DNA from: a virus
Taxonomy: Duplodnaviria > Caudoviricetes
IMG/VR virus record: IMGVR_UViG_3300025389_000059
Location: 1 to 33,566 of that record
Strand: one strand, 5' to 3'
DNA length: 33,566 nt
Positions 25,198-33,202 of the stretch are shown here, piece by piece. The translations under genes and the position numbers were made by a program. Below the pieces are notes generated by a model. That model made no database searches, was not told the origin of the DNA, and saw only the letters and a program-made list of their open reading frames with translations. Each line of letters begins with the position of its first letter. The stretch's first letter is position 1.

Positions 25198-26364
25198 CTA
25201 GTCCTCCTTTCTAATCACCTTGCCTGTTGGTGGAATGAAGTCCCTAGCCTGCGTCACTAGCCAAAGTGTTGGTGATTGTATGTTCCATTGAATATCTGAC
25301 TCCACATATCCGTCTGTAAATATAATCGTTGCCTCGGCTTGTATCTTTTTCTCATTGATATACTCACCCACACAGGATACATGAGTACCCCCACCACCTT
25401 GTGGTTTAAGTATTTCTCTGATGTTGGCATAGTTGCTCGGTGTAAAGATTTGTTCACCATGCACTTCTGTGTCCCACCATAAAACTCTGACTTGACTTGG
25501 CGTAACGACATCACAGATAGATACCAGTTCTGACGCAAACTCCGTAATCTCTACGCTACCTATTGAACCCGATGTATCAATAGCCACAATAAGTTCGCCT
25601 ACACTTTCATTCTCAAGACTTGGCATATACAAATCATTAGCCATGAGTCGTTTGTTAAATCGTCGCCATGTATATTCGTCTGCACCTTTGATAGCATTCG
25701 ATACAAACTCTTTTAATACATCACGCCAATTAACCTTTGGTGTAAGTAAGTCTTCAATAGCACGAGGCATCTTACTACCCATGCGACCTGCGAGGATACC
25801 ACCCTCACGCAAGGCTCTATCAATCTTACCCTCTAACTCCTTGACATCTTCATCAGACATACCCTCGCCTGCCTCAAAGTCATGTTCATCAAGAGAATTA
25901 AATTTCGTAATTGACTTACCACTTTTTTTATCTTGCTCTTGTTGTTTCTTCAAATCATCATAGACTTCACGCACCGACCAGTTGTGATACTTAGCGTCAT
26001 ACAATCCACCTTGAGGTAAACTACAAAAATGTTTGTCCTGTAAGTTCATGATGACATCATTCACAACATAATCTGCTGATGCATTGACGAGCATAGGGTT
26101 ATCCTTAAATTCTTTTTTAAATCTAGGGATATGTTTCAATGCTACATGAAGGTTCTCATGTAATATCAAACCTCGTAGTTCTGCATCTGTCAGTTTAGAT
26201 ATAAAATCACGACCATACTTTTTATTGCGACCATCAGTATATGCAGTAGTCTTTTCTTCAATGATGCTATTCTCGCCCATGAGTATGACGCCTGAGTATA
26301 GTGCAGTCTCAGGGTGTTTCATCAATGCTACATGAGCTTTCTTTAACCTTGTTTCTTCATTCAT
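25198..26364 (-). CDS. vWA-domain metallopeptidase (DUF2201-like)
   Basis: 388 aa; TAYTDG, HENLH (HExxH), N.A.D..VN, MIDAS DTSGS, GGGT, FTDG. Confidence 0.9.
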   Translation of the reverse strand: MNEETRLKKAHVALMKHPETALYSGVILMGENSIIEEKTTAYTDGRNKKYGRDFISKLTDAELRGLILHENLHVALKHIPRFKKEFKDNPMLVNASADYVVNDVIMNLQDKHFCSLPQGGLYDAKYHNWSVREVYDDLKKQQEQDKKSGKSITKFNSLDEHDFEAGEGMSDEDVKELEGKIDRALREGGILAGRMGSKMPRAIEDLLTPKVNWRDVLKEFVSNAIKGADEYTWRRFNKRLMANDLYMPSLENESVGELIVAIDTSGSIGSVEITEFASELVSICDVVTPSQVRVLWWDTEVHGEQIFTPSNYANIREILKPQGGGGTHVSCVGEYINEKKIQAEATIIFTDGYVESDIQWNIQSPTLWLVTQARDFIPPTGKVIRKED

Positions 26365-26375
26365 AATAATAACTC

Positions 26376-27446
26376 CTAGAATAGTTCGTGATTGTTAGTT
26401 GCCCACTTAGCTATCTCTGCATTGTTACGAGCCAATGGCATACCTTTCTTACTACGACATAACATCGTAAAGAATACGGCTTGCATCTCGCTTGACTCTA
26501 ACCTATTTACAAATTGCATAAACTTGGATAATTGCTCTTGGTTTTCCAATGAGTCTGTCGCTTGAAACATTAACATCAGTAAGGCAGCAGTCTCAGTTGG
26601 TATCTTAACCTCAGTTGGATTAGCTAAGATACTCTTTAGCGTTGGTAATTCCTTTTCCATTCTAAGATATGCACTCATGTCGCCTGCAACACTAGCACCT
26701 ACTGTACCTGCCAATGCCGATAGTACGACTTCCTCGCCTAGTACCTCTTTGTTATCCACGATGACTGATGCCTTAGCCATTGAACGAGGTGATGCAAACG
26801 ATAACATAGGCTTACTTGGATTAAAGATATATGGGTTATCCTCTTGCCCACCATCTAAATAACTAGCCAAACATCTAGGGAACATATGCACAAAGGCTCT
26901 GATTAACGGATTAATTCCATTGTCGCCTGCCCACTTCAACCATGACTCTGCGTCGGGTTTCTGCATTTTCACTATACATACACGATTGCCTGCATGAGCC
27001 AACATACTATCACCCACTCCGTCACTCGCATTATTACTTGTTGCAAAGACTATACTACCTTGAGGTAATGGGGTATCGCCTACACATCTCTCTAACATCA
27101 GTCTCGTAAAGATGACTTGCAATAGTTTCGGTGATTTCATAAACTCGTCTAGCAATATGACTTTAGGTTTAGGGCTATCAAGTTTAAACAAACTACCCAC
27201 ATAACTTTCTAATGACTTGGTTGCATGGTTCGGTATAGTCATCGCTATGTCTGACATATCTTTTACAGGACAATCTACATAGATATAATCATAGCCATCG
27301 CCTAAGTCTTCCTCCAACATCTTGAGTAATGATGTCTTACCACAACCTGGCTCAGATTGCACAACAGGCGTGAGTTCCGTACCTATGGTTGGTATAAGTT
27401 TTCTTAGTCCGTCAATGCTAATGTTTGCAAATGTATTGATATTCAT
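26376..27446 (-). CDS. MoxR/AAA_5-type AAA+ ATPase
   Basis: 356 aa; SEPGCGKT Walker A, LLDEF Walker B, ATSN sensor, NR arginine finger, SPRS. Confidence 0.9.
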   Translation of the reverse strand: MNINTFANISIDGLRKLIPTIGTELTPVVQSEPGCGKTSLLKMLEEDLGDGYDYIYVDCPVKDMSDIAMTIPNHATKSLESYVGSLFKLDSPKPKVILLDEFMKSPKLLQVIFTRLMLERCVGDTPLPQGSIVFATSNNASDGVGDSMLAHAGNRVCIVKMQKPDAESWLKWAGDNGINPLIRAFVHMFPRCLASYLDGGQEDNPYIFNPSKPMLSFASPRSMAKASVIVDNKEVLGEEVVLSALAGTVGASVAGDMSAYLRMEKELPTLKSILANPTEVKIPTETAALLMLMFQATDSLENQEQLSKFMQFVNRLESSEMQAVFFTMLCRSKKGMPLARNNAEIAKWATNNHELF

Positions 27447-27451
27447 AATAA

Positions 27452-27631
27452 TTATTTCCTTTCGTTAGTTTGTTTTAAAATACTTTCTGCCGTTGCTTTA
27501 ATAATTTTATTTCTTTGATGCTCTGACATTTGTTTAAGTCGTCTTGTCATGCGTATATGTTCTACGATTTCTATTGTCTTAGCACATAAAAAACCACACA
27601 CAAAACCTATTGCTAATGCTAGATAGTGCAT
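27452..27631 (-). CDS. Small membrane-anchored protein (59 aa, MHYLALAIGFVCGFLCAK...)
   Basis: Translated by hand; GAAAGGA RBS; N-terminal hydrophobic helix; fills the gap in the operon. Confidence 0.6.
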   Translation of the reverse strand: MHYLALAIGFVCGFLCAKTIEIVEHIRMTRRLKQMSEHQRNKIIKATAESILKQTNERK

Positions 27632-27641
27632 ACTATTCCTT

Positions 27642-28565
27642 TCATAATTTAAATTTACTCAAGATGTCATCAACATTATCTTTAACTTTATCTCGTACTG
27701 CATCAGACTCCCTTAAAGTTTCTGTATCAACACCACTCAATGTTGCCTCTAAACTACTTACTGCCTCACTCAATCGACGACTTACTTCATTGTCTATCGG
27801 TTTGAATTGTTTAAATGTTTCGCATAATTCTTTAGCCTTTTCAATCGTTGAGTCATATATCTTGCGTTTCTTAGTTTTCATAATTGACTCATCACTTCCC
27901 TTAACTTCTGTCACACCACAACAATGCGATATGCTTTCCATGACTTCTGTTAATCGTTCCACTTGTTGATTTAGGATACCAGTTATAATGCTCTCAGCTT
28001 GGCTCTCATACTGACTCTTTAAATCTGTGGCTATGTCTTGGCTAATTTGGCATCGCCAGTCATGGCTCGGTACTTCACTCACATAAAGTTTTATCCCAAA
28101 TTTATCTCTTACCTCATTCGCATTTGGATAGTCATCGGCATTAAACATATCGCCTTGCTTGAACGCCATGTTACTAACAATACTTTGATAGTTGTTAATA
28201 AAACTATCTAGTAACCGATTAAATTCCTGTTCGTGTTCGCTAAATTCTTTTTTAAATTTTTCTAAGTTGATAACAGGCAATAGGTCTTGGCTATTGTTCC
28301 ACCTAAAGGTACTGCGTTTCAACCAATTATAAATAGTTTGGCGATAGTTACTTACCCTCTTATGAAACAAATCATCTGCTAATAAATTCTTAACAAATCT
28401 GCCTGCACTACTATCTGCTTTTTTGGCATGAGTCACCTCATCTGATATTGTTCTGTCTTGCTTTGTTGCTGACCACACATTCACATCTACGCTAACAAGT
28501 ATTGCTGATGTCGCTAAAGATATAATATGATTAGGTTGTTGCATTTCAAAATTAAGTGTTTCCAT
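27642..28565 (-). CDS. Helical protein, DUF3150-like partner of the AAA/vWA pair
   Basis: 307 aa; W...K.D, K.L, LLP, DYP....R.KF pattern and coiled coils; first gene after the promoter at 28664. Confidence 0.6.
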   Translation of the reverse strand: METLNFEMQQPNHIISLATSAILVSVDVNVWSATKQDRTISDEVTHAKKADSSAGRFVKNLLADDLFHKRVSNYRQTIYNWLKRSTFRWNNSQDLLPVINLEKFKKEFSEHEQEFNRLLDSFINNYQSIVSNMAFKQGDMFNADDYPNANEVRDKFGIKLYVSEVPSHDWRCQISQDIATDLKSQYESQAESIITGILNQQVERLTEVMESISHCCGVTEVKGSDESIMKTKKRKIYDSTIEKAKELCETFKQFKPIDNEVSRRLSEAVSSLEATLSGVDTETLRESDAVRDKVKDNVDDILSKFKL

Positions 28566-28663
28566 TTCAAATTCCTTTCATATAAATTAAATAATAAAAT
28601 TGATACATCACTTACACTAACTAACTTACTCGCTACTTTAGATTATCTATCCACTATAATATA

Positions 28664-28713
28664 ATTATACTATAACTTTACATATAAACATAATGGATAC
28701 ACAACTTTTTTAT
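28664..28713 (-). promoter_or_regulatory. 50-bp conserved promoter, copy 1
   Basis: ATAAAAAAGTT-N10-TATGTTTATATGTAAAGTTATAG-TATAAT on the - strand; near-identical to 31403-31452. Confidence 0.7.
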
Positions 28714-29153
28714 GCGAACTCTATGGACTTAGTTATATATATCAAGTCATAGCCCTCGTTGTTATTTCTTTCCTCTAGGTCATCATTCTCTTCACCTATG
28801 CGACAGAAACCCCAACGGACAGGCGAGTAAAATCTCTCATCATCCTCATGTTGATATATCCATTCATTCGCAAGGTTGAGTAGTGACTCATGGCAATCCA
28901 CATCGGGATAACTTTCATACCACTTCACACCACTTGCAAAGAAACTAATAGCGAGATTATCCTCATCAATTTTAAACACGCCGTCATCATCTTCAAAACA
29001 TAACTTCGTATCCTCTCTTGATTTAGCCTCAGCTAAGAATGTATTGAATAAGTCTTTAGATGTTATTGTTCTCGCCTCAACAGGGATACTTGGTAACCAC
29101 TCTAACTCCTTATCAAATTTAATCTTGTATCCTACATCACTACGATAGCCCAT
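28710..29153 (-). CDS. Conserved phage hypothetical protein
   Basis: 147 aa; MGYRSDV...VKWY...RIGEE..D. Confidence 0.75.
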   Translation of the reverse strand: MGYRSDVGYKIKFDKELEWLPSIPVEARTITSKDLFNTFLAEAKSREDTKLCFEDDDGVFKIDEDNLAISFFASGVKWYESYPDVDCHESLLNLANEWIYQHEDDERFYSPVRWGFCRIGEENDDLEERNNNEGYDLIYITKSIEFA

Positions 29154-29359
29154 TATCTTTTCCTTTCCTGTGATATATGATTACCATAGGCGATAGCGTC
29201 TAGCAAGGCTCGTTGTTCAAACAAGTTCCGTTCCCTAGCTACCCTTAGTAATTCACTTTGTTGTTCCTCTAATTGTTTCTGATGCCACATCGCATCTATC
29301 TCGTCTTGTTCCATACCTGCCTCCTGTTGTTTGATTAACCATTCTTTAACTTTGCCCAT
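29153..29359 (-). CDS. Hypothetical protein
   Basis: Probable start MGKVKEW; TAATG coupling to the next gene. Confidence 0.65.
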   Translation of the reverse strand: MGKVKEWLIKQQEAGMEQDEIDAMWHQKQLEEQQSELLRVARERNLFEQRALLDAIAYGNHISQERKR

Positions 29360-29360
29360 A

Positions 29361-29579
29361 CTACACCCCACTATCTAGGTTATCATGTTGCTCACCTTGT
29401 AATGACCTAATGTAATGCAACAAATCACGACAGACCTCGTACCTGCCTGCGACTATATCGTCTGAGCCGTCTGTCATTTCCTCATGTCCATTCACTACTA
29501 ACGAGTCATACTTCAACTCATCTTTAATCCATGCGACAATGTTACGCACCATCATCTCGTGTTTATTTACTCGTGCCAT
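29361..29579 (-). CDS. Hypothetical protein
   Basis: 72 aa; AAGGAGG RBS. Confidence 0.7.
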   Translation of the reverse strand: MARVNKHEMMVRNIVAWIKDELKYDSLVVNGHEEMTDGSDDIVAGRYEVCRDLLHYIRSLQGEQHDNLDSGV

Positions 29580-29623
29580 GTTGTCCTCCTTAATTAATAT
29601 AATTGATAATAAACTTACGCTAA

Positions 29624-29830
29624 CTAAACTCTACTACTTCTTACTTTCCAATACACTTCTCTAGCTAGTCTATTCTTTAACTTCATTGTAGATAGCTTGG
29701 CGTTCTTATCGTGATAGTACCAATACTTCTTTTTTAAGTACTCGTCTTCTGCACTTACAGACTCTAGCCTTTCCATCTGCAACCTTGATAGTCCCTCTAC
29801 TAACTCTGCTCTAGTCTTCACAACTGCCAC
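29624..29830 (-). CDS. Hypothetical basic protein
   Basis: 68 aa; overlaps the upstream stop. Confidence 0.55.
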   Translation of the reverse strand: MAVVKTRAELVEGLSRLQMERLESVSAEDEYLKKKYWYYHDKNAKLSTMKLKNRLAREVYWKVRSSRV

Positions 29831-30122
29831 CTATACATTGTTTAGAGTCAAGTATTTCTGCCTCCAATTCCTCTACGGCTTTTTGTGTAATGACTTTATA
29901 GGTGTACTCTTTAACATCGTTATACACCTCTGCTTGGTTTGCATCTATCTTGCATAGCATACCTCTGTCTTGCACATGGTCTTTAATAACAGACTCTACA
30001 TAGTTCTCAGGTGTGAAACCATTATCCCATTCCCTACCTTGCCACGATAATATCTCATTCACTCTGTCCTCAGGTACACCTATCTCTGCTACTACAATAT
30101 ACTTAATTATCTTGGTACTCAT
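29811..30122 (-). CDS. Hypothetical protein
   Basis: Probable start MSTKII after AAGGAGG; ends CIGGSCED. Confidence 0.7.
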   Translation of the reverse strand: MSTKIIKYIVVAEIGVPEDRVNEILSWQGREWDNGFTPENYVESVIKDHVQDRGMLCKIDANQAEVYNDVKEYTYKVITQKAVEELEAEILDSKQCIGGSCED

Positions 30123-30285
30123 AATTGCCTCCTTGTTTAATGTCAATCAATTTTAAAATCCCTGTCTGTTCTTGCCACTTCTCAGGATGTCTATATGCCT
30201 CTACTTCTGCGTCTTTAGCATCGTGAGCCATCACTTCTACCTCATAGGTAATCCGTTCCTCTATTCTTACTAAGTATGCTTTCAT
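30103..30285 (-). CDS. Small protein, DpnD/PcfM-like pattern
   Basis: 60 aa; YLVRIEE....EVEVMA....DA. Confidence 0.55.
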   Translation of the reverse strand: MKAYLVRIEERITYEVEVMAHDAKDAEVEAYRHPEKWQEQTGILKLIDIKQGGNYEYQDN

Positions 30286-30626
30286 GTTGATGCCCTCGCC
30301 ATGACTGACTCAACCAAGCCACCATGCCATATCACTTCTTTTAATTGCTCGGTGTTATACCATATATCTACATCACTTGGTCTTGCCTGTGATTGTTGGC
30401 GTGTTGTACTGCGTGAGTACTTATCAGAATTGCCTAACCACTTACGCTCTTTATCATCATAGACATACATCGGAAAGTGAGACCCATAACTATACACTAC
30501 ATATAACTCGTTGTCATAGTCCCTACCATTACCCTGTTTTAACCACTTACCAAGCATATTACTACCTTGAAACTCCTCTAGCTTTTCTACATATGCTCTT
30601 GCTTTGTTATTTGCTATCCTTTTCAT
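30282..30626 (-). CDS. Conserved phage early protein
   Basis: 114 aa; YVVYSYG.HFP...N.DKYSRSTTRQQ; ATGA coupling. Confidence 0.75.
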   Translation of the reverse strand: MKRIANNKARAYVEKLEEFQGSNMLGKWLKQGNGRDYDNELYVVYSYGSHFPMYVYDDKERKWLGNSDKYSRSTTRQQSQARPSDVDIWYNTEQLKEVIWHGGLVESVMARAST

Positions 30627-30832
30627 CGTACTAACCCTCCTTTGTTATTGAGACCTTTTAAGTCGTCTCGGTTTGTGATAACTACATAATTACTCTTGTG
30701 CATTGGTGCTATTGTATGTTTAGTTTCTTTAGCCACAACCTCGCCACACTTTAGGCAAGTGTTGAAACCGAGTAGCCACCGACCCTGTATCACATGGTCA
30801 CCACACTTAACACATAGATTTTTATATTCCAT
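30623..30832 (-). CDS. C4 zinc-finger protein
   Basis: 69 aa; CVKCG...R...G..TCLKCGE...PMHKSNY. Confidence 0.75.
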   Translation of the reverse strand: MEYKNLCVKCGDHVIQGRWLLGFNTCLKCGEVVAKETKHTIAPMHKSNYVVITNRDDLKGLNNKGGLVR

Positions 30833-30859
30833 GCTATACCTTGCCTTTCATAGTTTTAT

Positions 30860-30997
30860 TTAATGAATGATACTTACTAACAGAATAAACCCTGCAATAC
30901 CCCATGCTACAACCTCGGTAATAATAAGTCGTCTGAGTCTGCTTTTCGGTATCGTTACATACTCACTCATATAAATCTCTCTGTCATAGTTGTTCAT
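30860..30997 (-). CDS. Micro-ORF with C-terminal TM helix (45 aa, MNNYDREIY...ILLVSIIH)
   Basis: Translated by hand; ATGA coupling, AAGGAG RBS. Confidence 0.55.
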   Translation of the reverse strand: MNNYDREIYMSEYVTIPKSRLRRLIITEVVAWGIAGFILLVSIIH

Positions 30998-31287
30998 AGT
31001 TCTACTCCTTCATGGTCTGCTTGTTTTTTGTAAAGTTTTTCTAAGTCTACTACGATATGGTTTAATCTAACCACTAATGATTGGTCGTAATCACTACCAC
31101 CTAAACCTGCTAACACATGCATCAGTTCATACTTTGTTTCTTCTAGCTCAAGCAAAATTCCCATAATATCGTCTTTCATACTGCCTCCTATTTGCTTGTC
31201 TAGGTCTAGGTTGTGTTGTTCTTGTTCAGGCGTTAAGTCGTCGCCCATGTAATATCCGTTACTATCTATGCTTGTGTTTTTGTCCAT
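30994..31287 (-). CDS. Acidic hypothetical protein with two in-frame starts (31287 and 31179)
   Basis: Both ATGs are preceded by identical AGGAGGCAGT. Confidence 0.7.
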   Translation of the reverse strand: MDKNTSIDSNGYYMGDDLTPEQEQHNLDLDKQIGGSMKDDIMGILLELEETKYELMHVLAGLGGSDYDQSLVVRLNHIVVDLEKLYKKQADHEGVEL

Positions 31288-31402
31288 ACTGCCTCCTGTA
31301 TAGTTAATTAACATAATTGGTACATCACTTGCTTTACATAAACTTGCTGACTCATGGTATAAAATAGTGTCGCCAAATAATTTCTCTTACCACTTAATTA
31401 CC

Positions 31403-31452
31403 ATTATACCTTAACTTGACATATAAACATAGCGTTTATGTAACTTTTTTAT
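31403..31452 (-). promoter_or_regulatory. 50-bp conserved promoter, copy 2
   Basis: ATAAAAAAGTT-N10-TATGTTTATATGTCAAGTTAAGG-TATAAT on the - strand. Confidence 0.7.
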
Positions 31453-31461
31453 TTACCTATG

Positions 31462-31836
31462 TTGTTCCAAGTGGGGGTTCGGTTGCCCCCAAGTTGTTCC
31501 ACTTGTTCCATGTTGTTCCACTTCTGTAACTTTACTAATAGGAACAGGTTTTGCCAATGTGTGTTTAGTTAAGTTGTTGTTTTTATTATTATTATTATTA
31601 TATTTTTATAGTAGTAGTAGTAGTTGTTCCACTTGTTCCACTTGTTTTGCAGAATATAGGGCGTCTGGGATAAATTTGTGTTTTTAGGATTGCAAAGGGA
31701 AAAACCGAGTCTTAACCTCGTAAACTTGAAAAAGGGGGGGTATACTTCAAAATCGGTGGAACAATGGAACATTCCTTAATAATCAAACACTTAACTTTTT
31801 TTAAAGTGGAACAAGTTGGAACACAAAGTGGAACAA
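31462..31836. repeat. Iteron-like cluster, putative replication origin
   Basis: TTGTTCCA x6 (31462, 31494, 31503, 31513, 31624, 31633), then inverted TGGAACA x5 (31757, 31765, 31807, 31817, 31829); AT-rich (TAT)n/(TAG)n tract 31581-31623; IHF consensus AATCAAACACTTA at 31781-31793. Confidence 0.75.
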
Positions 31837-32105
31837 AATCTATCATTGTTTAAACTCATCAACCATGTATCAACTAAGATATGTAACAACATTGAATAAC
31901 CAATTACGCTAATTAAACTCATAGATGACAAAGCTCTAAAAAAGCATTCCCACGCACACGCCCTCGACGACGATAACTGGTATCAAATAAACTTGGTGAA
32001 TAAACTACGCATACTACGCATTGGCATGGGTTAAGAATATCTTATGGGATAGGTTCTGATGATGTACACTCGCGCGATAAATAACTGGTATCAAAAACGT
32101 AGGAC

Positions 32106-32130
32106 AAAAAAAAGGGCCCCGAAGGGCCCT
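32106..32130 (-). terminator. Rho-independent terminator
   Basis: AGGGCCC-TTCG-GGGCCC-TTTTTTTT directly after the stop of the 209-aa gene. Confidence 0.9.
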
Positions 32131-32135
32131 CAATG

Positions 32136-32765
32136 TTATTGTTGAACTTTAGCTTTATAGTTACCAAAATACTCAGTTTTGAATTTAGCCACAGCTAGTT
32201 TAAGCTTAGCTTCATCAACAGTATCGTCGCCACGTGCTAAAGCGTTCTTAGCTTTTTTAGGCAACGCGTCAAAAAATTCATTAAGAGTTTCAGCAAAAGC
32301 TTTTGTGGCGCCACGTTCGCGAACCTTGCCTTCATTCTTAATACGGTTTATTTCAGAAGCTAACGCATTAATCTTAGCTCTAGCATATTCTAGTGCACCT
32401 TTTCGCAAATCCTTAAGTAACGCATGAAGCGCTGGATTTTTTGTCTTAAGCGCACCGAACGCTTGGCCTGTTAAGCCTGTTGCATTGGCAACCGTTAAGT
32501 GATACTTATCCGCTTTAAACTTATCAAATTCAGCCTTGTCTACTTGCTTATAAGCTGAACCGTCTAAAACGTAGTAACCTTCTTTTGAAGCATTATTTTC
32601 AGCATAACGTAAGAATGAACCGCTATCCAAATCAGCTTTAATTTCATCTGATACGTTATCAGGAAAATTAGGATAAGCACTGTGAAATTCACGCGCTAAC
32701 GCTTTTGTGTTGTCACCTGATGTTGCAAATTTATAACCAAACTGTTTTACGTTTAATGTATTCAT
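32136..32765 (-). CDS. Hypothetical early protein, Ala/Lys-rich, monocistronic
   Basis: 209 aa; own promoter, GAAAGG RBS and terminator. Confidence 0.85.
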   Translation of the reverse strand: MNTLNVKQFGYKFATSGDNTKALAREFHSAYPNFPDNVSDEIKADLDSGSFLRYAENNASKEGYYVLDGSAYKQVDKAEFDKFKADKYHLTVANATGLTGQAFGALKTKNPALHALLKDLRKGALEYARAKINALASEINRIKNEGKVRERGATKAFAETLNEFFDALPKKAKNALARGDDTVDEAKLKLAVAKFKTEYFGNYKAKVQQ

Positions 32766-32835
32766 AACGTGTTTAGAACCTTTCTTTTTTAAAATGTTAT
32801 ATGCCTATAACTAGATGATGTTGCGCATGAATGAA

Positions 32836-32864
32836 ACTATAAGATACCATGCATTTAATGTAAA
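32836..32864 (-). promoter_or_regulatory. Sigma70-type early promoter
   Basis: TTTACA-17nt-TATAGT upstream of the 209-aa gene. Confidence 0.7.
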
Positions 32865-32944
32865 GTAATTGACTAACCAATTAAGCTAAATAGATACCTT
32901 GCGTGAACACGCGCACGATACAACCGCGACGACAGTAACTGGTA

Positions 32945-32973
32945 TCAAAAGATCAGGGAGCCGCGTGGCTCCC
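32945..32973 (-). terminator. Terminator-like hairpin
   Basis: GGGAGCC-ACGC-GGCTCCC then TGATCTTTTG, 15 nt after the stop at 32988. Confidence 0.55.
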
Positions 32974-32987
32974 CAACCCCAACTACG

Positions 32988-33161
32988 CTATTGAAAATCT
33001 AACTCTAACTGCTGTGGTGCATAGTCACCTTCTATCATATCTATGGTTTTGAGTAAGCGAAGCAACATCTCCTCTGCCTTCTCACGTCTACCACACATGT
33101 TCATCATTAACATGAACTCTAATTGAAACTTTACTACTTCTTTCATTGGTCTTGTTTTCAT
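32988..33161 (-). CDS. Small early protein with C-terminal QLELDF
   Basis: Start reassigned to MKTRPM after AAGGAG (57 aa); preceded by hairpin GGGGGC-GCAA-GCCCCC (33181-33196). Confidence 0.65.
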   Translation of the reverse strand: MKTRPMKEVVKFQLEFMLMMNMCGRREKAEEMLLRLLKTIDMIEGDYAPQQLELDFQ

Positions 33162-33202
33162 ATACTTCTCCTTTAGTTGTGGGGGCTTGCGCCCCCGTTG
33201 GT

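Larger units (their letters stand above)
31974..32949 (+). repeat. Three dispersed copies of TAACTGGTATCAAA (31974, 32082, 32936)
   Basis: Exact 14-mers, all intergenic; shorter inverted copies at 22693, 25520 and 27975. Confidence 0.85.

Noticed and set aside
31569-31772. 67-aa ORF with poly-Tyr and poly-Ile
   Set aside because: Artefact of translating the iterons and trinucleotide tracts; no RBS
31462-31836. Repeats as a CRISPR or mini-array
   Set aside because: Units are 7-9 bp, irregularly spaced and in both orientations, with no spacers of constant length
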